Positions 11,964 through 23,252 of a stretch of DNA of 64,000 bases are shown here, one piece after another (positions within the stretch are counted from its first letter, which is position 1; the number at the start of each line of letters is the position of its first letter). Location of the stretch: positions 1,072,067-1,136,066 of the forward strand of contig BCKQ01000004.1 in assembly GCA_001600695.1 (NCBI GenBank), given 5' to 3'. The notes beneath the pieces are model-generated. The model saw only the letters and a program-made list of their open reading frames with translations. It was not told the origin of the DNA and made no database searches. This DNA is from Ascoidea asiatica JCM 7603. Its lineage: Eukaryota; Fungi; Ascomycota. Made by a program: the position numbers and the translations under genes.

Positions 11964-12594
11964 ATTATTTTGTCTTCCTATTTTTTTCTCTTTCTCATTT
12001 GTGTTTTATTTCATACTTAAAATCTTTACTATTATTGAGACTTTAATTCTCATTTCATTTAATTTTTCTCATATTATTCGTTTATGTCTCATATTTTTTA
12101 CATTTTTTTTTTTTTTATGTTCCCTCATGTTATGAATAGTTTGTTTTGCTTTTCTTACTTTTTTTTTTTTTTCTCTTTCGTATATATATCATTATTTATT
12201 TTTAAATAAGTCTATCATATATACAATATATTTTTATATATATAATAATAATATTAATAATAATATTAATAATAATATTAATAATAATAATAAACATAAA
12301 CATTCAATTCTAATTCTAATAAATCCAATCATTGTTTCAATTAATCGTCATATTCAAAATAATAAAAATAAAGAAAATCATTTCTAATAACAAAAAATTA
12401 AAAAAAAAGAAAAATTAAAAACATTCATCAACTTTGAAGCTCAAATCATCCATAAATAAAAAATTGTAAGTAAAATTCACAAAAAGAATAGAAAATAAAA
12501 AAGGATAAAACAAATTATAAATAAGCTTTGAGAAAACAAAAATAAAAATACTTTAACTCAAAAACTTAAAAGAACTAAAAAAAAAGAGGATAAA

Positions 12595-15500
12595 TTATTC
12601 TGGTTTCTGATAACTGGCATTAGAAAACTTACGCGTGCGATGATTTTTACGATATTTGTTTTCAGGGTTATTGCCATTGCCATTATTATTACCATTACCA
12701 CTATTATTGCCATTGCCAATATTATGACCATTGCTATTGTTATTATTACTATCTGAGCCTTGACTAGAACTTTTAGACCTATAATTTCGTCTATATCTAC
12801 CTCTTCCACCAGATCCTCTACCTCTAGAACCATTACCATTTCTGGAAGAATTAGTTGCTTGAGTGGAATTTGAATTGGCTGTATCGGGTTGACTAGATTG
12901 ATTATTACGGCTGTTAATACTGACATTACCTAGCCCCTTGAGCAATGAGTTTACTTCAAAAGTTGCTTCAGCATTTGTTGGAGGTTGAGGAACCTGAGGA
13001 ACAGGATAAGGCACAGGCATAGTCATTGGTCCTGACATAGAAATAGGCATCGGCATTGGAAAACCAGCTCCAAAGCCTTGATTTTGATACTGCATTTGAT
13101 TTGGAATGAAAGTATGCATGAAGTTTTGCGGAGGAATCTCATTGACTTGAGGAACAGCAGAAGGAACAACAGGTTGAACAACATGAGCTCCTTTATTCAT
13201 CTCAGACATTATTTCACCAAATACATCTTTTGCAGTTGGAATTTTAACAGGGATGGACACTTTGGATGATTCAGAACTCTCTGTTGTAGCAGTTTTGGGA
13301 GGCTCAGATATTACAGCAGAAGATTTTTCATCTTTCATACCACGAAGTATTGCCAATAATGCTTGGGAACCTTCAACATTTGACTTTGGCTCAGACTTTA
13401 CAGCTTTGCTGCTAGATCTCTCTTTAGTGAGATTCTTTTCATTAGAGTTTTTGAAATGTACAGGGCGTTTTCCTCGTGTACTTTTATCTTTTTCTAATGA
13501 AGCTTTAGAGTGATAGACAAATTGTCTATATGTAAGATTTAACAATAACGAAGAATCTAAAGTCAAACCTCTTTTGGATTTTAATCTACCAGATAAATTA
13601 TTACCACCCATTAATATATTATCAAAGACAACTTGTAATTTAACACTTGTCTCGTCACATACTACACCAACTACTGTTCCTTTAGAAAAAACAGGAACTT
13701 TACCAAATTCTTGGATATAAACAACTCTATCACCAAGATTGAACCTTTGGGTTTTCATGAGAAAAGAAGCTTTTTTAGGATCGATAACTGCTTCTCTTGG
13801 AACACCATTGATGGTTGTTGCAGATTCATTTAATGGCATTAGACAATAAGTTTCCATAAAATTCTCAATTTCTGCAATACTATTTCTATTCAAAAGATTA
13901 CTTTCTAGATTGGTAATTATTAATTTAGACTTAATATCTGCTATCCAATTTACAATATTATCTAACTTATGTTGTAGTTCATTCTCGTCTGAAATATCAG
14001 GATAGAATTCCCTTATACTCAAAAATCCTCGAACACTTACAACTTTTGAAAGATTTTGGAAAAATATTGGAAACAACCTCATATAATCATGTATCAAATC
14101 AATCGCTAAAGTACTATATTCCCATCCTCTGTCATTTCTTCGAGTATAACCTATTACCTTATGATGACGAGCTTCGAATTTTAAATCTAATCCAATATTA
14201 ATTTTCTTACGTCTAGTATTTTCAATCAAAAATTGAGATGTAATTCTAGACAACAATAAAGGATGTATATGCAACATTCTTGTTACTTGAAAAGAAGGAA
14301 AATATTTCAAAGAAGCATTTTCTTCTGCAGCTTTTCGAGCACCAATGTTAGGCTCTTGGTCTTTTAAAATTTTTGTTACAGCTAATGAAATCCTATTTTT
14401 ACCACGATATCCCACAACTTTACCTGGTGCACCATAAGCATAAGAACCCAAAAATAGAACTGTTGAATTCATTGGAAATTCTTTTTCAACGGGTATTGGT
14501 GCCAGCTCTTTAAATCTAAGATCTTTATTTTTAACATCTTCGACGATTAGCTGTAATGGATAAACTTCCTCAATATTACTGAAAGTTTTTACATAAGAAC
14601 CTTCTGGAGTTCTTATTAAACCATTAGTTGCTCTAATGGTAACCAATACATCGATATCACCAAGTATTACACCCTTGGTAGAATGATATTTGCTAGTTAA
14701 TAAGCCACACTTTGACGCTAGCTCATTCGCTTGGGCAGGCTGAATATCAGTTTTCACAAATGATGAAAAATTTTTTGAACTCTCATACTGAATCCTATTA
14801 TTACAAATTCTGACCACCTTCGATTCTTTTAAAAAAGGATAATCTGAGTAAACCAACTTATTAATATATTTTTTGCAAAAATTGTCAAAATTCGTTTCAG
14901 ATTTATTGACATCTTCAAACATATTTTTAATAGTTAATATCATTGACTCTGATCTTGAAGGCTGGTTGAATATAAGTAAACTATCAATTGATAATTTATA
15001 ATCGAATTGTAAAGCTTTCAATGTTGGAAAATTTGCTAAAGAATCATTACCAGAAAGCGCACCAGGGGATAATATATTGAACTTTGAATAATCATCAATT
15101 TTTGGTAGATTAAAAATGGATTCTGTGCAATGATCTTCTTCTAAGTCTTTAAATGAATTTGGTAAAGGAGATTTATAAAGTTGCATATGCTGAGGGTTAA
15201 ATTTAAAAAGTAAGTTATTACCAAAACCATTTCTAATTTTTTCTTCTGGATCTAATTTTGCATCATATGGCTTCATTGCTTCAACTAATCTTTCCTCATC
15301 AACAAATGGTAATTTTAAAACATACTCCCATTCTGCAGTTTTACCATTTTTATCAATCTCGGCATCATTTGGATAAAAATCAATTATAGGAGATGATGGA
15401 TCTAACATTAAATGTCTATAAACAAAAGGAACCAATTTATTAGATCTTGCAGGCAATACAGCCATTAATTGTTGAAATGGAGTAAAAGGTTTTGATTGAT

Positions 15501-17643
15501 TAAAAGTAATATCATTATTAAAATTTAAAATACCCTTTGAAATATCTGAAATTCTTGGAGCAAAATGATATTCATAATACCATGACCAAGAAGGAACACC
15601 TTTATAATAATAATATAAAACCCATTGTAACCCATCAATATAATTTTTACATAATTTTACTAAATTTTCTGGTTCATTAATACTTGAGAAACCAAATTTA
15701 TCTATATAATAAGAATTTTTCCATCTTACAAATTTATTATCATAAATGGATTTTTTATAATTCATTGAAGTTTTATCTTCAATGATTAAATTATTTGAAT
15801 ATGATTTAATTTTTTTAATTGATTCATGAATTCTTGAAATATATTCATCACTTGATTCATTTGAATCCATACCATCAATATCTAATTTTAAAGTATAAGT
15901 ATTAAGTTCTTGATTATGAACAACAATTAAATCTAAATCATAAGCAATTTTTTTTAAAAATTTTAAATTTTGATTAATATTTATTGAAATTAAATGATTT
16001 GGAATTAATAATGAAGGAATTTCAGTTTCATCAATTTGAAAATAATTTACATGAGGATTTTCAGTTGAAAAAATTGTTAATAACCAAGGTTTTACAAAAT
16101 TAAATAAATTAGTTGGAGTTTTTATATCTTTTTCTTCATTATCATTATCACTATCAGAATTATCAGACTCATCAAAATCCTCATTGCTACTAGTATAATC
16201 ATCTGAGGAAATATCATCATTTAAATTTTTATAATCATGAATTGATTTATTTTTAAAATCATTTGAAATATTAATTTTCTCAGATTCTTGTTCATCATTA
16301 AATTCATTATTATTTTCATTTTTATTATCATTAATTAATAATAATTTACCATTTTTAATTCTTTTTTTTTCACCAATAATTGAAATATTTTCTAATTTTT
16401 TATTAAACCATTCAATATCAATAGTTTTATTTTCAAAATTTTCAAATTCAAAAATTGATAAATTATTTAAAAAATTTTTAAAATTTTTAAAATTAATTTT
16501 ACCATTATTATTTAAATAATTATTTGATTGAATTAAAGATAATTTTAAAATTTTTATTAATAATGGAAATGCACCTTTATTAATATGTAAATCAGGTAAA
16601 TTTGGTAAAAAATCATTACCAATAACATATAAAATTAAAATTAAATCATCTAAGATTCTTTCAAAATTATAATTAAAATTTAAATTTTCTTTTAAATCAG
16701 TAAATTCTAATTCCAAATATTCTCTTAATAAAGAAAGATGTAAAAGATAAAAATTTTGATTTTCTAAAACATTTTCATTTGAATTTTGAAAAGTTATTGA
16801 AGAATTATTATTTGAATTTGAGTTTGAATTTGAATTTGAATTATTTTTTTTAAAATTTGTAAATTTAACTTCTTCTCTTAATAAAGTAAAATGAGGTTCA
16901 TGAGTTACTAAACCTAAGATTATTAAATCGGCATCAAGACCATAAATACAATGTCTTAAATTTGGATTATAATCTAAATTAATATTTTTATTATTTGTAG
17001 ATTGATTTGATTGAATTGAATTATTTAATTGATTTGATTTAATTGATCTAATATATTCCATAATTTTATGTTCACCTTCACCAGGAACTTCATGACCAGA
17101 TAAAATAATTTTAATATTTTTCCAAGAAGAATCTGTTGAAATTTTTTTATGAATAAAGAATTTTAAATTTTTAGTTAATTTATTCATAAATTCAGTACCT
17201 GGAGTTATTGAAGAAGAATCAAATAAATTTTTATTTTTATTTTCAATATTTAATCTTTCATTTGGATCATTTAAATTTTTATTAATTAAATTATTTAAAT
17301 TTTTTTCATTATCTAAAGCAGTTCTAAATCTTCTTGATCTTTGTTGATTCATTTTTGCTCTTGGAGCAACACCATCAATTGCCATATAAAATAATTTTTT
17401 TGGTTTAATTGTATTAAATAAATGTTCAATATATGAAAATATAGATTGAAACATTTGATCTTCAGATAAACCTGAATTTATTAAATCATCATAACTTGCA
17501 TCATTTGAATGTGTACAATTATGTATAATACCATTCATATCAAGATATAAATTATCAAATTCAGGTATTTGATCTTCATCAATTAATTTACTTATCAATG
17601 GCCATCTTTCTGAGATGAATCTAAAAAATTTTGGAATACCCAT
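12595..17643 (-). CDS. XRN1: Cytoplasmic 5'-3' exoribonuclease Xrn1/Kem1
   Basis: MGIPKFFRFISERWP, DNLYLDMNGIIH, AIDGVAPRAKMNQQRSRRF, PGEGEHKI, YGLDADL. The 1682-aa length with C-terminal domains distinguishes it from Rat1. Confidence 0.98.
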   Translation of the reverse strand: MGIPKFFRFISERWPLISKLIDEDQIPEFDNLYLDMNGIIHNCTHSNDASYDDLINSGLSEDQMFQSIFSYIEHLFNTIKPKKLFYMAIDGVAPRAKMNQQRSRRFRTALDNEKNLNNLINKNLNDPNERLNIENKNKNLFDSSSITPGTEFMNKLTKNLKFFIHKKISTDSSWKNIKIILSGHEVPGEGEHKIMEYIRSIKSNQLNNSIQSNQSTNNKNINLDYNPNLRHCIYGLDADLIILGLVTHEPHFTLLREEVKFTNFKKNNSNSNSNSNSNNNSSITFQNSNENVLENQNFYLLHLSLLREYLELEFTDLKENLNFNYNFERILDDLILILYVIGNDFLPNLPDLHINKGAFPLLIKILKLSLIQSNNYLNNNGKINFKNFKNFLNNLSIFEFENFENKTIDIEWFNKKLENISIIGEKKRIKNGKLLLINDNKNENNNEFNDEQESEKINISNDFKNKSIHDYKNLNDDISSDDYTSSNEDFDESDNSDSDNDNEEKDIKTPTNLFNFVKPWLLTIFSTENPHVNYFQIDETEIPSLLIPNHLISININQNLKFLKKIAYDLDLIVVHNQELNTYTLKLDIDGMDSNESSDEYISRIHESIKKIKSYSNNLIIEDKTSMNYKKSIYDNKFVRWKNSYYIDKFGFSSINEPENLVKLCKNYIDGLQWVLYYYYKGVPSWSWYYEYHFAPRISDISKGILNFNNDITFNQSKPFTPFQQLMAVLPARSNKLVPFVYRHLMLDPSSPIIDFYPNDAEIDKNGKTAEWEYVLKLPFVDEERLVEAMKPYDAKLDPEEKIRNGFGNNLLFKFNPQHMQLYKSPLPNSFKDLEEDHCTESIFNLPKIDDYSKFNILSPGALSGNDSLANFPTLKALQFDYKLSIDSLLIFNQPSRSESMILTIKNMFEDVNKSETNFDNFCKKYINKLVYSDYPFLKESKVVRICNNRIQYESSKNFSSFVKTDIQPAQANELASKCGLLTSKYHSTKGVILGDIDVLVTIRATNGLIRTPEGSYVKTFSNIEEVYPLQLIVEDVKNKDLRFKELAPIPVEKEFPMNSTVLFLGSYAYGAPGKVVGYRGKNRISLAVTKILKDQEPNIGARKAAEENASLKYFPSFQVTRMLHIHPLLLSRITSQFLIENTRRKKINIGLDLKFEARHHKVIGYTRRNDRGWEYSTLAIDLIHDYMRLFPIFFQNLSKVVSVRGFLSIREFYPDISDENELQHKLDNIVNWIADIKSKLIITNLESNLLNRNSIAEIENFMETYCLMPLNESATTINGVPREAVIDPKKASFLMKTQRFNLGDRVVYIQEFGKVPVFSKGTVVGVVCDETSVKLQVVFDNILMGGNNLSGRLKSKRGLTLDSSLLLNLTYRQFVYHSKASLEKDKSTRGKRPVHFKNSNEKNLTKERSSSKAVKSEPKSNVEGSQALLAILRGMKDEKSSAVISEPPKTATTESSESSKVSIPVKIPTAKDVFGEIMSEMNKGAHVVQPVVPSAVPQVNEIPPQNFMHTFIPNQMQYQNQGFGAGFPMPMPISMSGPMTMPVPYPVPQVPQPPTNAEATFEVNSLLKGLGNVSINSRNNQSSQPDTANSNSTQATNSSRNGNGSRGRGSGGRGRYRRNYRSKSSSQGSDSNNNNSNGHNIGNGNNSGNGNNNGNGNNPENKYRKNHRTRKFSNASYQKPE

Positions 17644-17741
17644 TTCTTAATAATTTTTTTTATATTTTATTTTTTGCTTTTAGTCCTTATTTGTTTACTT
17701 AAAATACTAAATTTGAAATAACAAAAAACTAGAGAATAAAA

Positions 17742-17744
17742 AAA

Positions 17745-17779
<35 letters not shown>

Positions 17780-17780
17780 A
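17742..17780. repeat. (AAAT)n microsatellite upstream of XRN1
   Basis: About ten tandem copies; similar tracts near 18513-18555 (TTTA) and 18807-18838. Confidence 0.9.
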
Positions 17781-17929
17781 CAATGAAAGTGAAGTGAGAT
17801 ATTAAAATGATACTGGATTGAAATTCTTTGCCTTTTCCAAATGATATGAAACTTCTTGTTATTTTAATTCTTCTGATTCTTGAAATGGTTCAGAATTAAG
17901 TCTCTTGATATTTTTGCATTTGTTTTGGT

Positions 17930-18355
17930 TCTTTTTCGGAATCGCAGCTTCTTTTGCTTCGTGGTGTCGAAGTGTTGTCAACTTTCCACTGCAAATTCAA
18001 TCCTTAATTTTTATCGCCTTCTCCAGAGAAAAATAAAAAAAAAGAGCAGAGCAAGTCAGGTGACACGTCATGTGACTTGGATTTAAAATTGGAGGCCAAC
18101 CATGCGGGTCACTTCAGTTAGATGTGCGTTTGTGTTTTAAACTGTATCTCTCAGTATCTTCTACATATTTCAGCAGTCGTGCAAGTCCAGTTACGTCTAA
18201 TAAGCTGCGTGTGCGGACGCCTACTTCAGCCCGAGTGCACCAGAGTTTTGTCTTCTTACTCTACTTATAAGTGCATTGCTACCGTGCGCCTGGCTTCTTG
18301 GCCTTTGGTACCACTGTTCTGGGAGTGAAAAATCAGGTCCCAATCCAGCCAACTT
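17930..18355. promoter_or_regulatory. GC-rich island, shared divergent promoter of XRN1 and the N/S-rich ORF
   Basis: Local GC/CpG elevation between two divergent starts; E-box GTCATGTGAC at about 18067-18076. Confidence 0.5.
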
Positions 18356-18514
18356 CAGACATTTATATTTTAAATTCAGTGTTTCTTTGTTATGAGTTTG
18401 TTAACTTTCTTACCTTTGTTAGTAACATTTTGTAACAAATGTTCAATCACCACCAAAATTGTCTGATATTTTATTAAAAACGATCAATTAATACTCATTC
18501 ATTTACTTATTTAC

Positions 18515-18553
<39 letters not shown>

Positions 18554-18804
18554 TTTTTTATTTAATAAATCATTTAATAAATCAAAAGTATCAGGTTTCG
18601 ATAGTAAATTATTATTTTTTGACTGAAGTTTTATTCTTTTAACTTATTCATTTATTTCTTTCCTTGCTTTATCCACTTGTTCAAAATATCTTCCTTTTAA
18701 ACAAGTTATTATTATTAATATCAAGTTAATAAAGAAAATCAAGTGCCTTTTAAACAACTCACCACTGAAATTTAATAAAAAATTAATAGAATTGTTAAAC
18801 TATC

Positions 18805-18836
<32 letters not shown>

Positions 18837-19468
18837 ATATATTCTCATTAAGTAATAGTATTCTTTAATTTCAATATAATCAAAACTATTATTTCATTCT
18901 TATTTTTAATCTTCACATTCACATTCATTATCACTTTTGAATAATCCTTAATTTAAAACTAAATCCATACAATATCTAATTCTAATTCCAATATCAATAT
19001 CAATATCATTATCATTATCAATTCCATTATCAATATAAACTTATTGTTTCATACTTCTTTTGTTAAAATATCATTATAATTTTAATAACAATATAAATTA
19101 TTTAACTTATTTCTCATTAAATTTTATATCACTCATACCATTCTTTGCCTTTCATATTATTTTAAATTATTTTAAATTATTTTAAATTATTTTAAAATAT
19201 TTTTATTCTATTTTATTTTTATACATGTATATTTCTCAATCTCATTAATTTCTTTTCAAATATAAATAAATCAAAAGTATCATTTCATTTCATTTCAAAT
19301 TCATTTTCATTTTCAGTCTCATTCTTTATCTCATTATCATTATCATTCTCATTATCATTCTCATTATCGTTTACATTATAATTTAAAATTAATCTCATTC
19401 CTCTTTATATTTCTTTTATCACTCATAATCAGAGTATTAAATAATTGGATTTTTTAATCAAACTTATT

Positions 19469-21307
19469 ATGGCTTCAAATTATTTATATTTAAATAATCA
19501 AAAATCTCGTTCTTCAATTTCTTTAACTGATGTAACTGTTTCAACTTCAATTAATTCAAATACAAAAATAATTGAAAATCAAACTATTACTTTAAAAAGA
19601 AATTCTTCATTCATAAGTTCAAAAGGTCAATCATATTCAAATTCAATTTCAAATTTAAATTCAATCTCAAATATTGATAATTTTTCAAATTATTCAAATA
19701 ATGAATTTAATAATGATTTAAATAATTTTACTAATTTCAATAATTTTAATAATTTTAATAATATTAATAATATTAATAATATTAATAATGATTTAAATAG
19801 TTCTATTTCTCGTTCTCAAAGTTTAAAAAATTATAATTATAATCATAATTCAATTCCAAAACAAAATAATAAAAAAAAAATGCAAATGCAAATTCAAATT
19901 CAAAAAAAAAATCAATTAAATTCAAAAAAATTCACTCTTAATTCAATTGAATATCAATCAATTAATAAAAATAATTTATTCAATAATAATAATAATAATA
20001 ATAACAATAAATCTTCTTCTTCTTCTTCAAACCTTAATAGTAATGATAATCAAAAATGTATTAATAAAAAATTAAAATATAATTCAATTTATTCAAAAAA
20101 TAATTCAAATAATTCTAATTTGAATTATTCAACTCCAAATTTATTATCTAATAATAATAAATTAAATTTAAATTTAAATTTAAATAAAATCACAAGTTCA
20201 AGTTTAAATTCAAATTCTTCTTCAAATTCTCATTCTCATTCAATCTTAAATTCAAATTCTTCTTATTATGAAAATAATTTCATTTATGATGATTATAAAT
20301 CAAATTTAATATCTCCAAATAATATTAATTTTAGAATTAATTCAAGAAAAGCTTATCATAATTTAATTCATAATCAAAATAATTCCTTAAATGATATTTC
20401 AAATTCTAATAATGAATTCACTATCTCGTCAAATAATAATAGTAATAATAATGAATTTGTTTCTTTTAAACCTTTTGAATTTTATTATCCTGATGAATTT
20501 AATGAAGATAATGATACAAATAGTATTGATGAATTCTCTAAAAATAAAGAAAATAATAATAATCTTGATAATCTTGATAATCTTGATAATCTTGATAATT
20601 TAAATAATTTAGAAACTTTCTCAAATTCAAATTCAAAATTAAATAATTCAACTGATGGTAATGAAACTGATACTTCAACTTCTTCAAATACTTCTGTTAA
20701 TATTCATAAAAGAAATAGTCCAAATAGATCTTCAAAAAAAACTAATTTAAAATTAAAATTAAACTCTTCAATTTCTTCAAATTTTTCAAATAATTTAAAT
20801 TTATCTCCAACTCCATCAAAATCTATAAATCAAACTTCAACTCCAACTTCTGCTTCAACTTTAACCTCAACTCCAACAATTAATAGAAATTCAAGAAATT
20901 ATTCAAGAAGTCCAAATAGAAATCATTTTCATAATCGTTCTCATAATCATAATCATTCAAAATCTTTATCTGTTTCAAATTCTACAAATAATACTAAATC
21001 TTCATCAAAATTACAATTCAATGAATTTTTTTTTAATTTAAATTTAAATTCTTCTAGACATTTATTATCTTCTAAACCTAATTCAAAAAATTCAAATAAC
21101 TCAAGTCCTAATGAATCTCATGATAAATCAAATAATAGTAATAGTAATAGTAATAATAATAATAATAATAACAATAATAATAATCAAAAAAAGGATACAA
21201 ATAATTCTACAGATTCAACAAACTCAACTAATACAAAATCTAATACAAAAGCTTTAAAATCTATCTTTAGTAATTTTAGATTTATGAATACTTCATCACC
21301 TGCATAA
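19469..21307 (+). CDS. Hypothetical low-complexity Asn/Ser-rich protein, about 612 aa
   Basis: Open frame of 1.8 kb with host codon usage. First ATG at 19469 (track starts at TTG 19445). Many RxxS and SP motifs, no recognisable domain. Confidence 0.7.
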   Translation: MASNYLYLNNQKSRSSISLTDVTVSTSINSNTKIIENQTITLKRNSSFISSKGQSYSNSISNLNSISNIDNFSNYSNNEFNNDLNNFTNFNNFNNFNNINNINNINNDLNSSISRSQSLKNYNYNHNSIPKQNNKKKMQMQIQIQKKNQLNSKKFTLNSIEYQSINKNNLFNNNNNNNNNKSSSSSSNLNSNDNQKCINKKLKYNSIYSKNNSNNSNLNYSTPNLLSNNNKLNLNLNLNKITSSSLNSNSSSNSHSHSILNSNSSYYENNFIYDDYKSNLISPNNINFRINSRKAYHNLIHNQNNSLNDISNSNNEFTISSNNNSNNNEFVSFKPFEFYYPDEFNEDNDTNSIDEFSKNKENNNNLDNLDNLDNLDNLNNLETFSNSNSKLNNSTDGNETDTSTSSNTSVNIHKRNSPNRSSKKTNLKLKLNSSISSNFSNNLNLSPTPSKSINQTSTPTSASTLTSTPTINRNSRNYSRSPNRNHFHNRSHNHNHSKSLSVSNSTNNTKSSSKLQFNEFFFNLNLNSSRHLLSSKPNSKNSNNSSPNESHDKSNNSNSNSNNNNNNNNNNNQKKDTNNSTDSTNSTNTKSNTKALKSIFSNFRFMNTSSPA

Positions 21308-22677
21308 TAACTATCTTTTAAAATATAATTATCCCAACTCTTTTAATTTTCTCATCCATTTAATGACAATCCTTTAACCTAATCTATTTTACAATTATAT
21401 TTATATCACTATACATTATACATTTTATGTCTTTTCGTTTTATCTTTTATATTTACGCTCCCTAGTTCTCAATTTTCGTTTTATCTTCTTTGGTCATTTA
21501 TTCACTTTCTTAATTCGTTTTCTTTTTTCTTAATACTTTTTTTATCTGAAATATGGGTGTTGTTTTCGCTTAAAGTCTGGCTATAATTTCATGGATACTT
21601 GTTATTTAATTTTTTGAAAAATAATTGATTTTTTTCAATCAATTTTTTCTCAAAGTAAAATTATACAATTTTCAATCACATTCACTTTTTTCAGTTACAA
21701 TCCTTTATATCATGTCAATTTTTCAATCATTTTATCTAATATTTTTTAAATTCAAAGTGACTTGAAAATTTTATTTTCATTTGTGTTGATTTTTTTCATA
21801 ATATTGAATTTTTTTTTTTTTCAGTTTTTTTCAGTTTTTTTTCTTTTTTTTTCAAATTTATCATTTTTTTTGTGCTTTGAGTTAATATACTATACTATAA
21901 AATAATCTAAAATTCTTTATAAAAATATAGAAAAGAAAAAAATTATTAAAAAAAATAAGTTGAGATAATTTTAGAAATCATTCAATTCTTTCATTAATTA
22001 GTTTTAAATCAAAATTTCAATAATTACTTTTTGAATAATATGCTTAATAATAACCATATACTTATAAATAATAATAGAATGTTGCGTTTATGACAAAAAA
22101 AAATGTGTATTTTGTAGATAATGTTGTTTTTGCAATTTTTAATTTTCGAGATGAAATAATTAGCGATGAAGTTAATTATTAAAAGAATTTCGTTTATAAA
22201 TGTAGTGTTATATAATAAAATTAGACATGACATAAAATTAAAGACAAAATCATTAGAAGCAAGTTTTCTTTGGAAAAAATGAATTCTGAAAACATGAAAA
22301 CTATCACCAAGAAACACCAAATTTCCTCAATTTATAACCACAATAAATGAAAAAAAATGAAAAAAAAAATGAAAGAATTCTCTTAACTGAATAGTTTTAG
22401 CAAATAAAATTATATGCATTTGAATATTATTTGAAGAATTAAGACGAGAAAAAGACAAAAGACATAGATAATGGGGAAAGTATATAGGTATTGTATATAA
22501 GAGGTATATTAAAGTAAATCTGATTACTATTATTAAATCTTTTGAACATAATGAAATAAAAAATGGAAGAAATGAGAAACAGAAAAAAATAAAATGAATT
22601 GAAGAACAAAAAAAAAGCATGAGAAAGAAATTATAAACCAGTCAAAAAATTGAGAATTTTATAAGTAATGAATGAAT

Positions 22678-23160
22678 TTAATCAACATCATAATTCATAT
22701 CTTCATATGGAGTGGAAGAACCTGAATTAGAGTTGGAATTATTTCTCGAAGAACCATCCTGTCTTAAATAAGGATGAGATCTATTAGCAGATAAATATCT
22801 AAAAGATCTTGTAGGACCACCAGTTCCATTAGTATGTTGATTTGTGTTTGAAGTCCCTGTAAGAACAGTATCTATATCAATGTCTATATCATCCTCATCA
22901 GAATTATTATTGATATTATTGGTATTATTGTTATTATTGTTATTATGATTATTGTTATTAATATTTCGGGCAGTGTTATTGTTACTTATGGAAGTAGCAC
23001 TTTCAGAATCTGACTCATTTAAAATATCTTCTAATTCTTGATCCAACATATTTTGAAGTTCATCTTTTGAATTATTAGCATGATTATTACTATTATTATT
23101 ATGATTATGATTATTATTATTATTATTAGCATGATTATTACTATTATTATTATGATTATG

Positions 23161-23252
<92 letters not shown>

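Noticed and set aside
18405-18424. Minus-strand TACTAAC upstream of XRN1
   Set aside because: It lies beyond the presumed promoter island, no matching 5' splice site was seen, and XRN1 begins with its conserved MGIPKFF.
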